Source: an uncultured delta proteobacterium
Lineage (GTDB): Bacteria; Bdellovibrionota; FAC87; UBA2466
Assembly (NCBI GenBank): GCA_963778115.1
Contig: CAVZSV010000004.1
Coordinates: 1,344,001 to 1,408,000 of the forward strand
Direction: 5' to 3'
Length of the DNA stretch: 64,000 nucleotides
In this document: one piece after another, positions 26,200-36,617 of the stretch
Layout of the letters: each line of letters begins with the position of its first letter
Numbering within the stretch: position 1 is the stretch's first letter
Program-made: the position numbers and the translations under genes
The notes under the pieces: generated by a model
Database searches by the model: none
Told to the model about the DNA's origin: nothing
Seen by the model: only the letters and a program-made list of their open reading frames with translations

Positions 26200-28512
26200 T
26201 TAATTCGCCGGATTTAAATAGAACGGATACGCCGTGACTTCGGTTACCACAGGGGCTTCCGGTTTGGGGAACTTCCACGTGCGTACTCGCGAGACGATAC
26301 AACCGTCTAGCCCGGAGTCGCCTATGGTGCTCTCCCTTACCGAGGCCGTGATCACATCTCCTTGAGGAGAGATATTGAACGCCACGGAGACCTTTCCGCG
26401 CAGATTGGGATTGCGCTGAAGGGCGGCATCATAACAGGCTCGAATTTCCGAGCGGTGCCGCTGCACTACCGCATTGATCACATCTTTGGGAAGACCAGAT
26501 AGCACTTGGACGTTTTCGGAAACGATGCTGATCGCCGCTTCCCCTTTGATTCCCAGACGCCCTGGACCAGAGATACCCTCTCCGATTCCGTCTCCGTGAT
26601 AGCCTCGTCCTAAACCTTTGGTAGAGGGACCGTCGATACCCACGGTGGTTCCACCACCTCCAACGTCCACCCCTTTTAGCCCTTTTCCGCCGGCTCCACC
26701 CACCTCTTCGATAGATTTGCCGCGAAGGCCACTAACGGCATGGCCGAAATCATCAAAGCCTCCAGGCCCCTCAGGCCCGGTTCCCTTGTCGATCAAAGCT
26801 TGAAGATCTTTTTGGATTCCGCCTGTCGAAAGCGCTTTGAGCAAGCCCACCGATTTGGCTTTGTTTTGATCCACCACTTTGCGTTGGGCTGTCGTGGGTG
26901 CCGAAGTGGGTGCTTTGGCTTTCATGGGTGCTGCCACTTGGGGTTTATTTTTGGGCGTCGACTTCGGCAAAATAGCCTGAGGAATCTCTTTTTTGTCAGC
27001 CAATTCCGGTTTGCCGAGTTTTCCTTCGGGTCCCATGGGTCTGCCACCTTCACCCATGACCGAGCCGCCCTGCTTATTGTCTTCTCCAGGAGCGACAATG
27101 CCGCTCTTAGAAGCAGGCGGAATCTTGGGCCGAGGCTTGATTACAATTTTGGCAAAACGCTCCGGGATCATTTCGATCGTAACCGGCTTTGGCTTAGGAA
27201 CAAAACTTACGCCGACAAAGAACAACAGCAAAAATAAAAAAGAACCAATGGCTGTGCGAAGCAATAGCGGATCTTTGTCGAAAAACGGGGCCGGAAGAAT
27301 CCGGGGTGCTGGCTTTACGTACAGAATGAAAAAGCTGACATTGCCGATGTTTAATTTGGCAAAATCATCTTGTTTAAGACCCAGCACGAAATATTCGGAA
27401 TGACGCTTAATGAACTTTTCGTCTTTGAGCTCACTAATCGTATAGATCTTGTCGCGAGCACGAACCGTACCCGTCATGTCCTTAGTAAAGGCGAGATAGG
27501 CGGTTCCGTCTTCTTCGATCGTTACCAAAGGAAACTCGTCGGGGATTCCGACGTTAGGAATGATATATTGATTACGAGGACTCTCTCCGACGCTGAGTAC
27601 CGTCGGATCTACGTAATTGGAGACATCTAAAATATGATCTCCCCACAAAGCGGTCACTTCGAGTTCCCGCGCATGGTCGGGAGCTGCAAAAGCTTTTTCT
27701 AATTCCTCAGGAAGAATATCGTCATCGGACCGACGCACGCGACGCTCCTCAATTCGGCGTTCAAGACTGGTAATATCAAAAACTCTTCGTTCACCGCGGC
27801 GCCTTTGGCCCACCCGCTTCTCATCCTCGAGAGGGGTTCGGCGATCGGTTCCTTTGCGTCTCTCTTCTTCCTCGGCGGCGAGCTGTTTTTTCGTTTTCTT
27901 CTCAGTTTTCTGATCGGCTTTATGGTCAGCCCTATGTTCCGCTTTCTCGTCGGATTTCTCTGAACTCTTTTCTTCGGTTCTCCGATCGGCAACTCTTTGA
28001 TCGATCCTCCGGTCGCCATCGCGGCGATCGTCTAGGCGCTTCTCTTCAGGAAAAGCGTCGTTCTTCCTTCGGTCAGGCCCCCTGCGATCGGAAGAATCGC
28101 GACTATCCAAAGTGGAACGGTCGATATCGACTTGAGTCTCGCCGCTGTCTACAACACGGCTGGCTAGCGTTTTAGATTGAGCGGTTACAACTCCAGACCC
28201 TTTTTCGAGCTTAAGCTCCGCATACCCAATTCGGATCGTGTCGCCAGGCTTTACCCTGGTCTCGACGATTTTCTCGCCATTTACATAAGTTCCGTGAGTA
28301 CTGGCTAAATCAGTAAGAAGAATACTATCGCCACGAACTTCGATAAGAGCGTGGATTCGAGATACCCTGGGGTCGTCGATTCGTAAGTCCGCCGACAGTA
28401 TCCTGCCCAGAACTATCTTCTCTTTTACGAATTCGCTTGTGTGCACCACTTCACCCGAAGGACCTAGAACGTCCAGACGGATCGGAGTAGTCGAAGTCGC
28501 TTTAGCTTCCAT
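26200..28512 (-). CDS. gltG: Gliding motility protein GltG/PglI-like (FHA, TM, Pro/Gly-rich linker, AgmX/PglI TonB-C-like domain)
   Basis: FHA motifs LGR..SADLRIDDPRVSRIHA...DLASTHGTYVNG; C-terminal I..VV..H..EIRACY...L..NPNLRGKV...WKFPKP...YPF; operon context. Confidence 0.85.
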   Translation of the reverse strand: MEAKATSTTPIRLDVLGPSGEVVHTSEFVKEKIVLGRILSADLRIDDPRVSRIHALIEVRGDSILLTDLASTHGTYVNGEKIVETRVKPGDTIRIGYAELKLEKGSGVVTAQSKTLASRVVDSGETQVDIDRSTLDSRDSSDRRGPDRRKNDAFPEEKRLDDRRDGDRRIDQRVADRRTEEKSSEKSDEKAEHRADHKADQKTEKKTKKQLAAEEEERRKGTDRRTPLEDEKRVGQRRRGERRVFDITSLERRIEERRVRRSDDDILPEELEKAFAAPDHARELEVTALWGDHILDVSNYVDPTVLSVGESPRNQYIIPNVGIPDEFPLVTIEEDGTAYLAFTKDMTGTVRARDKIYTISELKDEKFIKRHSEYFVLGLKQDDFAKLNIGNVSFFILYVKPAPRILPAPFFDKDPLLLRTAIGSFLFLLLFFVGVSFVPKPKPVTIEMIPERFAKIVIKPRPKIPPASKSGIVAPGEDNKQGGSVMGEGGRPMGPEGKLGKPELADKKEIPQAILPKSTPKNKPQVAAPMKAKAPTSAPTTAQRKVVDQNKAKSVGLLKALSTGGIQKDLQALIDKGTGPEGPGGFDDFGHAVSGLRGKSIEEVGGAGGKGLKGVDVGGGGTTVGIDGPSTKGLGRGYHGDGIGEGISGPGRLGIKGEAAISIVSENVQVLSGLPKDVINAVVQRHRSEIRACYDAALQRNPNLRGKVSVAFNISPQGDVITASVRESTIGDSGLDGCIVSRVRTWKFPKPEAPVVTEVTAYPFYLNPAN

Positions 28513-28575
28513 CGCCTTATCCTAAGAAAGATGAAATTTACGCTTTGAAGCCGTATTCCGGGAACTGCCCGGTGG

Positions 28576-28923
28576 CTATTTGAGCTGACGAGAAGAATCG
28601 ATCACTTCCGCATCGAAATTTTCTCTGATGCGAATAATGCTCTTTCCCTTCACGTCTTTGATGTTCGAGATGTAAGACCCCGAGGGTTTATTATACAAGC
28701 CCTCGATGCTGGCTCCTTCAAAGTCGTAGCTGGTCTTCTTCTTGTATTTGACGGTAGTTCCATCGGACCGCTTTTCGGTAACCATATCGCTATCGTTACC
28801 GGAACTCGCCGATGGAGTTTTCACATCTGATGGCGGCACCGACTTGGGCGTATCCGCATGAGCGAAAGCGCCTAGGACGATTCCGGAGGTGAGAACTATT
28901 TTGGCTAACCCGTTGAAGTTCAT
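28576..28923 (-). CDS. gltF: Gliding motility protein GltF/CglF-like
   Basis: YKKKTSYDFEGASIEG...KP.G.Y...IRIRENF signature; signal peptide. Confidence 0.8.
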   Translation of the reverse strand: MNFNGLAKIVLTSGIVLGAFAHADTPKSVPPSDVKTPSASSGNDSDMVTEKRSDGTTVKYKKKTSYDFEGASIEGLYNKPSGSYISNIKDVKGKSIIRIRENFDAEVIDSSRQLK

Positions 28924-28965
28924 GCTCTCCCTCTTACTCTTACAAAAAAAATCCAGCCATGTGTC

Positions 28966-29829
28966 TTATCGCCAACTTTGAATAATTTCCTGAGCTTTTG
29001 CTGTCTCTTTACCGCCAGATTGTACGTAACGGAGCATCAATTGAGCTGCCTCTTCCTTGCGGTTAAGGCGATTCCCCAACAGCATCGCATCGTTATAGAG
29101 AACGGAATGAGAACCGGGATGGCCCGACATAAAGGCACTATAGACTTGGTTCGCCTCGTCAAACTTGCCCTGCCCTTCGAGGGCGACTCCAAGGCCTAAG
29201 GACGCATCCTCGAAATCCTCATCGAGTCCTCGTGCTTTGACGAACATGGGTTCCGCGGCCGACCAACTATGACTCTGTAAGTAAAGCGCTCCTAGATTCA
29301 CGAAAGGGGCTGCGGTCGCGGGCGAAGCCTTGGTGGCCTTTTCGAAATAATCGATCGCTTTCGGCCGATTGTGATCCTGCAGTGCAATCATCCCCAAATC
29401 ATTGAGTAACAATGAGCGCCACGGAAATTTGTCGTCTTTCTCAAGCTGGGCAAAGAAGTACTGGGCTAGCTCCTTTTTTTGAACTCTCCAATAATGCACC
29501 GCCAGCAGAAAAACGGCACGCTTATCGTTAGGGTTAGCGTCTAAAAAAGCGCGGATCTTCTGTAGAGCGTCGGGATATCGTCCGTCCGCGTCAAGAAGGG
29601 AGATGTATTCCAGATAGGTATCTTCATCATCTACTTTAGGGGGTGATGCTTCTAGCTGCGCTAACCGAGAATCCGCGACAGCGCGATCGGCTTTGTAGTC
29701 TGTCTGATAGTCCCCGTCATACCAAGCGAGATATCTAGCAACTCCCCCGCTCGAGGCATCCTTGTTAGCCACTTGGGAGCTGCTACAACTTGCTAAGAGA
29801 AATCCCAGACCGATTAAAAGATATTTCAT
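28966..29829 (-). CDS. gltE: TPR lipoprotein, GltE/AglT-like
   Basis: Lipobox LLASC; TPR repeats; position between gltD and gltF. Confidence 0.72.
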   Translation of the reverse strand: MKYLLIGLGFLLASCSSSQVANKDASSGGVARYLAWYDGDYQTDYKADRAVADSRLAQLEASPPKVDDEDTYLEYISLLDADGRYPDALQKIRAFLDANPNDKRAVFLLAVHYWRVQKKELAQYFFAQLEKDDKFPWRSLLLNDLGMIALQDHNRPKAIDYFEKATKASPATAAPFVNLGALYLQSHSWSAAEPMFVKARGLDEDFEDASLGLGVALEGQGKFDEANQVYSAFMSGHPGSHSVLYNDAMLLGNRLNRKEEAAQLMLRYVQSGGKETAKAQEIIQSWR

Positions 29830-32800
29830 TTTTTCGCCACTCCCTCACCCGTCCAACGGGTCGTCCAATAAGAAGGTTGCGGATAGATTCCTTTCGGATC
29901 AGCAATTACAGCAACTTTCGGAGTCGTCTTCTCTACTGGTTTATCGCCTGGTTTAGTTTGAGACTTGTCCGGAGATACTTCAGGCATGTTGCTAGCCGCT
30001 TCCATCTGGGCCAATCTATCACGACATTTCATGGCATATTCATTCGCCACGAAAAACTGTGCCGACTTTGCGGTACACGACTGCAGAAAATCCTTGGCCT
30101 TAGCTTCCACGGGTTTCACGAGCTTATCGTCGAGAGCTTTGAGCTGTTTGTCTAAGACTTGGCGATCGGAGTCTTTATACTTAGCGGGAACTTTCACGTT
30201 GCGAAACGCCGTTACGAAATTCTCGAAAGCGTCGCTTTTTTCATACAGTGCTGCGACACCCCAATCCGGTACCCCCACTTCGACGACGTCATCGTAGCTC
30301 TTGGCCAATTTGGTAAGCAGCTTCTGTTTCCGACTCAAAAGATACATGAGATCTTCGGGCGGGAACCTAAGCGCAATTTTTTCGTACTTTTCTCGTTGCG
30401 CTGACAGTGCTCGAAATTTAGCTTCGGCTACGTACTGAATAGCAGGCCCGGTGGCATTCCAGCCCTTTCGACTGTCATAGAAAGCCCGCATCTCTTTGAG
30501 CACGTTTTCACGATCAGCAACACGACCACCTTTGTCATACTGACGACTCAGCTCTCCCAAATACTCCATTTTCTCCTCTGGAGTTCTGGCTTCTCTCTGC
30601 AATTTACGAAGTACGCTCGCCATCTTCTCCCAGTTACGCTCTTTAGCGTAAATTTTGGCTTCGCTGATTTGAATCGATTTTCTCTCATCCGCCGAAATAT
30701 CCTTACTCTTTAGGTACTCGTCAAAGAGCGACAGCGCTTGTGAATTGTGCTCGAGAAGTTCCGCAAAAACAGCGGCGTTATATAGGGCTTTGTGAGACTC
30801 TTTGTCGTTCGGGAAGCGCGAATGGTAATCGGTATACAATTTTTGAGCCTGCTCAAAGTCATAGCCCTTCTCCGAAGACTGCGCCAAAGCTAACAAGAAA
30901 CGCTTCGTGTAATCTGATTTCGGAAATTTAGCGATGAAGAGCCTGGAAGTCTCTGCCTTTTTCGCCGAATTGTTTGCTTTCTCGTAACTGATGAAAGCAT
31001 TGTAAAGAGACTTTTCCGCGAGAGAAGAATTTGGATTTGCCTTGTAAAAATTGTAGTAACTATCGCCAGCCTCCGACCATTTATTCTGTGCTTCCAAGGA
31101 TTCGATACTCTTGAATCCAATCTCAGCACTGATCTGAGCCATGTCGGCTTTGAAAGCAGCATCCCCGAGCCCGTCCATCCTTGCGAACATCCTCGCGTTC
31201 TGATCGAGTGCCACGTAGTTCTTTTGAATGTTGTAAATATCTAGAACAATATTTGCCGCAGTGGTAGCACTTCGGTGACGAGGATACTTGACTACTATCT
31301 CGCGGAACAACGCCTGTGACTCGTCAAAATGGTGGTACCGATAATAAATGGAAGCTATTCTAAATTTCACATCCACCACACGACTTCCTTGGGGATATTC
31401 CTTAACATAATAATCAGCAACTTCGATAAACCGTTTCTCATCGCTAGGAATGTCTTGCGGCGACGTGTCCACTTTCTTTTGTTCTTCTTTTGAATAACGC
31501 TCTAGGTTGTCATGCTTGGCTGTTAGCCGATCCAATGCGAGAAGAGCATCATAAGCCGATTCATCAGCTAGCTTATCTTTCGGTGGCGTTCGGGCCGCTA
31601 TCATATAAGCATCCGAAGCATCCAGCCATTTCGCTTGAGCGAAGAGAATCTCTCCTCTATAGAATGCCACCTTCTTACGATCGGGGAACTGGGGAAAATA
31701 CGCCAGTAGGGCTTGGTATATTTCCAAAGCGTACCGGTACGAGTTTTTGTTGGAACTCTTCTGGGCAGAATTATGGAAAAAATATCCTTCTCTAGCCGCT
31801 TCCACCGAAAGATCGGTCATTGCGGATTTCGCATCGGCCACTTTCTCTTGCGGCATATTCTTAAACCAATTGGAGTTTGGATTATATTTCGCAAGAGCAG
31901 CCACCATGTTAGTGACCGCTTTCTCTCCGACCCCAAGACGCGACAAACATTCATTCAGCCCCAGGGCAAGTCGGGGAGACTCGGGAGACTCAGGGAACTG
32001 TTCAATGAGCTTTTCGTAGGCAATGACGGCATCCTGATCTCGGGCTTTCGATCTCAAGATATCGGCGATGAGCTTTAAGTTTTCCATCGCTTTGTCGCGG
32101 CCCAATTTATCCGAAAAATAGGCGATGGCTTCGTCGACTTGACCAACCTCGCCGTAAAATATCACCAAGTCCTTAAGCGCCTGCTCCCTTAAATTAAACT
32201 TAGAAGCCTCTTTGTTCCCTTCGAGGTTAGCGATAAGGGCTTTCATATCCCGCAAACCGCGAAGTTGCTCTCCCGTATTGAGTTCGCACCAAGCGCTTTT
32301 ATAGACCGCATAGTCGTACAGCGGAGATTCCTTGCGATTGAGAAGAATGCGATATTTCGCCAGCGCTTCTCGAAATTTCGCCGCATCGAAGAAGTGGTCT
32401 CCGAGATAAACAACGGCCTCTTCATATTTTCGGCTTCGTGGAAATTCCCGTACTACCCTTTCCAAATACCGGAGGCCGGTCGTGGTATCTCCGGTTTCCA
32501 TGTCGACGAAACCAATAAAGAAGATGATTTCGTCTATCCGGGGATGCCTGGGGTACTCCTTTAGAAGTCCTTGAAACACTCCCAAAGCATCTTTGAGATA
32601 ACGCTGGGAACGTCCTTGATCCAACTGGGGAGGCTTCAAAGCTTTATTAGTTTGGTGCTTTTTTTCGTAGTCAGCCAAATTCGCGGTATAGAGCTCATTT
32701 TCCTCGAAACTGAGCTCCATGTATTTTTCAGCGTAGAGCTGTCCCAAGCGCAGCAATAAATTGTCCTTATTTCGTTTGTAACCGCTATCGAGCTCTTGGC

Positions 32801-33131
32801 GCAGCAACTTGATGGCCTCTTCCCGTTTCTCGGAGACGAAAGCCTCTTTGGCGGAAAGATAGGTCTGGGCGTTTACTCCGGTTGTTTTTAAACGGGTCCC
32901 TTTGGGAGTCACAGAATAGCGAGAATTGCTGAACCCCACGGCCGACGAGGGAGCATCCGGTCCGGATTGGGCGGACTTCGGCAGATCGAAGTTCTCGTAA
33001 TCTTTCGTAGCCGCAAAAGCCCCAGATCCCACGCAGAGGGAGGCAAGGGACAACGCTGCCAGAAGCGAAACGTAGAACCGATTAGTTGATGCAGGCGCTT
33101 TCCGTAGTGTAGACGTATGTGCCAAGTTCAT
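29826..33131 (-). CDS. gltD: Large TPR protein, GltD/AgmU-like
   Basis: 1101 aa, many TPR and ..YP.... repeats, YA.YK.AWC..N, LREQALKDLV.FY; operon context; exact start uncertain (50-nt overlap with gltC). Confidence 0.8.
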   Translation of the reverse strand: MNLAHTSTLRKAPASTNRFYVSLLAALSLASLCVGSGAFAATKDYENFDLPKSAQSGPDAPSSAVGFSNSRYSVTPKGTRLKTTGVNAQTYLSAKEAFVSEKREEAIKLLRQELDSGYKRNKDNLLLRLGQLYAEKYMELSFEENELYTANLADYEKKHQTNKALKPPQLDQGRSQRYLKDALGVFQGLLKEYPRHPRIDEIIFFIGFVDMETGDTTTGLRYLERVVREFPRSRKYEEAVVYLGDHFFDAAKFREALAKYRILLNRKESPLYDYAVYKSAWCELNTGEQLRGLRDMKALIANLEGNKEASKFNLREQALKDLVIFYGEVGQVDEAIAYFSDKLGRDKAMENLKLIADILRSKARDQDAVIAYEKLIEQFPESPESPRLALGLNECLSRLGVGEKAVTNMVAALAKYNPNSNWFKNMPQEKVADAKSAMTDLSVEAAREGYFFHNSAQKSSNKNSYRYALEIYQALLAYFPQFPDRKKVAFYRGEILFAQAKWLDASDAYMIAARTPPKDKLADESAYDALLALDRLTAKHDNLERYSKEEQKKVDTSPQDIPSDEKRFIEVADYYVKEYPQGSRVVDVKFRIASIYYRYHHFDESQALFREIVVKYPRHRSATTAANIVLDIYNIQKNYVALDQNARMFARMDGLGDAAFKADMAQISAEIGFKSIESLEAQNKWSEAGDSYYNFYKANPNSSLAEKSLYNAFISYEKANNSAKKAETSRLFIAKFPKSDYTKRFLLALAQSSEKGYDFEQAQKLYTDYHSRFPNDKESHKALYNAAVFAELLEHNSQALSLFDEYLKSKDISADERKSIQISEAKIYAKERNWEKMASVLRKLQREARTPEEKMEYLGELSRQYDKGGRVADRENVLKEMRAFYDSRKGWNATGPAIQYVAEAKFRALSAQREKYEKIALRFPPEDLMYLLSRKQKLLTKLAKSYDDVVEVGVPDWGVAALYEKSDAFENFVTAFRNVKVPAKYKDSDRQVLDKQLKALDDKLVKPVEAKAKDFLQSCTAKSAQFFVANEYAMKCRDRLAQMEAASNMPEVSPDKSQTKPGDKPVEKTTPKVAVIADPKGIYPQPSYWTTRWTGEGVAKK

Positions 33132-34554
33132 CCTCCCAGTATTCTCCGGTAAATGGCCAGAAGCGGTAGCCGGGTGCCACCGAAGTCTCTACGTCAGTTA
33201 GACGTTTGGGGGGTAGACCCTTCTGACCTTCGATAAGATCTTTTTCTCCCGTTACAATTTCAACTTTCAAGTAATTGGCCTGCTCACGTTGCTCGATAAG
33301 TTCCGCAAGTTTTCTTTTGTGCAGGCGAGTCAATACGGAACCAATGTCGTCCTCCATCGCTTTTTCAGTCTCTTCGTTAATAGCGATGATGCGATGAACC
33401 TGATCATTTCGCGAGAACTTGGCTAAATTCCCGCGTTCCTTCCTAAGAAAATCGATCACTTTTAGAGAGTTTGTGATTCCTTCGTCTCTTTTCGCGAAAT
33501 TGATGAAAGAACGGTTCAGCCCTTTGCCGCTGACGAACGCCCGGTAGTAAGAATCGGGGCTACCCAACTGAGTATTTTCCGTTTCCATCTGACGGGTTAC
33601 CGGATCGTAAATATTAAAGAACAAGGCCAACGTTTTTCGCATCTCTTCATACTTACAGAGCGAGTACAAAATGGTCGCTCTTAGCACGTAAGCCTCTCCC
33701 ACCATATCTTCCCGGTAGAAAGGAGATAATATAGTGTGCAAATTGCCCAAAGATACGGTGGTGTCATTGATTCGCATCAGCGGCCAACTGGCCTCTAACA
33801 ATACCGTTAGCCAATGGGGAGAAGAGCTTAGAAATTGCGAGTAGATTTCGATGGAACGTTCAATGTCGCCGGCCGAGTAATAAGAACGAGCTAAGTTTAG
33901 TCGAGCCAATTCGCCTTGAGACATAAGATCTTTTTTGCCGCGTGCTATCTGAACCACCTTTTCAAAATAGAAGATGGCCTCTTTGTAGTCTTTCCGTTTG
34001 GTGGCTAAAACTCCGAGTTCGAATTGAGCTTTGCTGAAAAAATTGCTTTCGGGATTTACCGACTTAAGACGGCTATTGGCTTGAGAATCCTGACCGCTTC
34101 TCATGTTATAGATTCCAATCGAATAGTTAGCCAACGCATTGACCGAGCTAGGAATATAGTTCGAAGGAAGTTTCTCCAAAATCTTCCCCAGGCGATCTTC
34201 CAAATTTAGCCTATCAGCAATAAACACGGCATTTTTAATGGCCTTCTCGTAGACTTCCTTGTTCCTATCGTCGGGGGAGAGCAAGACATTGCGAAAAGAA
34301 AGGTAAGCGGCGTAGTAATAGCCAAGCTCAAAAAATACCATTCCTTGATAATAATAGGCTTTGTCGCGACTGGTGGAGTCGGTCGCATTATTAACAGCTT
34401 GAGAGAAATAATCGACCGCTCGATTGTAGTTACCGGATTCGTAGGCCTGTCGTCCGAGATCAAAAGCCGATCTCCCTCCCGACCTGGCAGCATAGCCCGT
34501 GGCCGAAGTGATCACAAAGAGGAGTCCGACGATGAGTGCTTTAGACTTCATCAT
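33082..34554 (-). CDS. gltC: TPR protein, GltC-like
   Basis: LLEASW...LGNLHTI.SPFY; C-terminal FWPFTGEYWEDELGTY...C signature. Confidence 0.82.
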   Translation of the reverse strand: MMKSKALIVGLLFVITSATGYAARSGGRSAFDLGRQAYESGNYNRAVDYFSQAVNNATDSTSRDKAYYYQGMVFFELGYYYAAYLSFRNVLLSPDDRNKEVYEKAIKNAVFIADRLNLEDRLGKILEKLPSNYIPSSVNALANYSIGIYNMRSGQDSQANSRLKSVNPESNFFSKAQFELGVLATKRKDYKEAIFYFEKVVQIARGKKDLMSQGELARLNLARSYYSAGDIERSIEIYSQFLSSSPHWLTVLLEASWPLMRINDTTVSLGNLHTILSPFYREDMVGEAYVLRATILYSLCKYEEMRKTLALFFNIYDPVTRQMETENTQLGSPDSYYRAFVSGKGLNRSFINFAKRDEGITNSLKVIDFLRKERGNLAKFSRNDQVHRIIAINEETEKAMEDDIGSVLTRLHKRKLAELIEQREQANYLKVEIVTGEKDLIEGQKGLPPKRLTDVETSVAPGYRFWPFTGEYWEDELGTYVYTTESACIN

Positions 34555-34610
34555 AATTTTTCCCGAGTTCTGTCATTGGTGCTATTCAGCGAACGCCCGA
34601 AGGGATTTCC

Positions 34611-35327
34611 CTATCCGGGCATCTTTGGTAGCCAGAAACTTAACGAAACTAATATTGCCCAGTTGTTCCTGAGGCCTGATGTGTTGTTGATCGTGCTACT
34701 TACGTTTTGCTCCGTGTATAAGTAGTCACGCAGCTCCAACTTCATCGAAAGCCATTCTTTAAAGTACAGACGGGCGCCAATGGCTGGATAATAAGCAAAA
34801 TAGGAAGCGTTCTCCGTTTGGGCCAATCCGAAACCCAATCCCAAATATGGCTCTACGTAGGCTATCCAGCGCGAAAAGGTTGATGCTTTGCCGTAAAAAG
34901 GAGTGATCTGTATTCCCGTAGTCAAAAAGTACAAAAGCTTCTGATAGTCCGGGCGAATATTGGGCTGACTGGGATTTACTTTGTTCTGATTGATGTCGTC
35001 GGTAAAGGAGCTGAAAAAGGTCTTAGTGAAAGAAAAATTAAATAGTTCAAGTCCAAGCCAATCGTTCGCATGCAAAGTATAGCTAGCGCCCCCTACCAAG
35101 GTACGCCTGACGGTTCCGAAGGGAATACCCCCGAAAATAATGGGGGTCAGCTCGTGTCTCCACGCTTTTTTCGTGTACTGTCTTTGCACCACGACGACTT
35201 CGTCGTTTTGAATGCTACCGATATCTTTCAACTGCTTTTCGATAACATTGTCGGACGCAAGAACGGTCCCCGAAAGGATGCCCCCTATGAAACACAAAGA
35301 TGCAATGACCTTGCGAAGTGAATTCAT
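34611..35327 (-). CDS. Outer-membrane beta-barrel of the GltA/GltB/GltH type
   Basis: VVVQRQY..K..RHEL, PFYGK, ELRDY, N......LSFWLP; first gene of the glt operon. Confidence 0.8.
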   Translation of the reverse strand: MNSLRKVIASLCFIGGILSGTVLASDNVIEKQLKDIGSIQNDEVVVVQRQYTKKAWRHELTPIIFGGIPFGTVRRTLVGGASYTLHANDWLGLELFNFSFTKTFFSSFTDDINQNKVNPSQPNIRPDYQKLLYFLTTGIQITPFYGKASTFSRWIAYVEPYLGLGFGLAQTENASYFAYYPAIGARLYFKEWLSMKLELRDYLYTEQNVSSTINNTSGLRNNWAILVSLSFWLPKMPG

Positions 35328-35523
35328 GTCAACCTGGTGAAAGAAATTTACGGTGGAATCGCCTACCCCAATGGGATAAAAAATATTGTGATTCTACAAA
35401 TTTATTATATGGTAACTCAGGTCTAAGCGGTAGCTCGTTTTTCTGAGGTTTCTAGACACCTCTAATGAGAGCACCGCAACAGAAAACTCGACAGAAAAGT
35501 TTGAGAAACGTTTAAGGTTGAGA

Positions 35524-36459
35524 ATGCCACACACCAGCAAAGCGGACAGTAAAGTAATTTGGATGGACGGGAAACTGGTTCCCTACGAACAAGCGAACGT
35601 CCATATTTTGTCACATAGCCTCCATTATGGAGGAGCGGTCTTCGAGGGTATGCGGGCTTACCAAACGCCTCGCGGCGAGTCCGCGATCTTCCGCGGTCCC
35701 GAACATTACCAGCGATTTTTGGACTCGATGCGTTCGTTAAGCTACGCTTCCCGCTTTACCATTTCCGATTTCATGCGGGCCACTAACGAGCTCATCAAAG
35801 CTAATGATATTAAGGAATGCTACATCCGCCCCATTGCCTATATAGATGATGGGACACGGGGATTAAAGCTAGCAGCTAACTCGCCCGCCAACATTGCCAT
35901 TGCGGTATGGAAGTGGGGAAAGTACATGGGCGACGAGGGGCAGCAAAAAGGCTGTAAAGTTAGAGTTTCTTCGTTTCGCCGTCCCGACATTAGTAGTTCC
36001 ATGACTTGGGCCAAACTCTCTGGAAATTACCTCATCTCGGTATTGGCGCGCCGCGAAGCAACCCAGTGCGAATGCGATGAAGCTATTCTTCTAGATCCTC
36101 ACGGTTTTGTAGCCGAAGGCTCGGGAGAAAATCTATTCCTGGTTAAGAACGGAATTTTGTTCACCCCGCCCACGGGCTACATTTTGCCGGGCATTACGCG
36201 TGACAGCGTAATACTAATGGCCCGCGATATGGGGCTTACCATCCGCGAGGAGAATATTACTCGAAATCAGCTCTATCTGGCCGATGAACTCTTCTTCACG
36301 GGTACCGCTGTGGAAGTCACGGGCATCCGAGAGGTCGATGGACATGTCATCGGTTCGGGAAATGTGGGCCCGATTACCAAGAAGTTGAGTGAGCTGTTTT
36401 TCAAAGTGGCTCAGGGTGAGATGGCGAAGTATGGGGAGTGGATTTCGGTAGTGAGATAG
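35524..36459 (+). CDS. ilvE: Branched-chain amino acid aminotransferase
   Basis: IWMDGKLV, HSLHYG..VFEG.RAY, AKLSGNY (PLP Lys), EGSGEN.F, ILPGITR, GTAVEV. Confidence 0.95.
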   Translation: MPHTSKADSKVIWMDGKLVPYEQANVHILSHSLHYGGAVFEGMRAYQTPRGESAIFRGPEHYQRFLDSMRSLSYASRFTISDFMRATNELIKANDIKECYIRPIAYIDDGTRGLKLAANSPANIAIAVWKWGKYMGDEGQQKGCKVRVSSFRRPDISSSMTWAKLSGNYLISVLARREATQCECDEAILLDPHGFVAEGSGENLFLVKNGILFTPPTGYILPGITRDSVILMARDMGLTIREENITRNQLYLADELFFTGTAVEVTGIREVDGHVIGSGNVGPITKKLSELFFKVAQGEMAKYGEWISVVR

Positions 36460-36475
36460 GCGGTATTTGCTTTTT

Positions 36476-36564
36476 TGACTTGCGGGTTGCCACGTCGCTT
36501 AGCTCCTCGCAATAACCACTTTTATTTGTCATCGCGAGGCGCAACCGAAGCAACCTGTAAGTCA
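36476..36564. repeat. Palindromic interspersed element related to 4921-5025
   Basis: TGACTTGCGGGTTGC...CCTCGCAATAAC...GTCATCGCGAGG...GCAACCTGTAAGTCA; shares CGACGTGGCAACC and GCAACCTGTAAG with 4945-4962. Confidence 0.7.
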
Positions 36565-36617
36565 CCAGGGCGATAACTCCGGTTTGACTTCCCCCGAATC
36601 CCAGCTAACTAAAAGGC

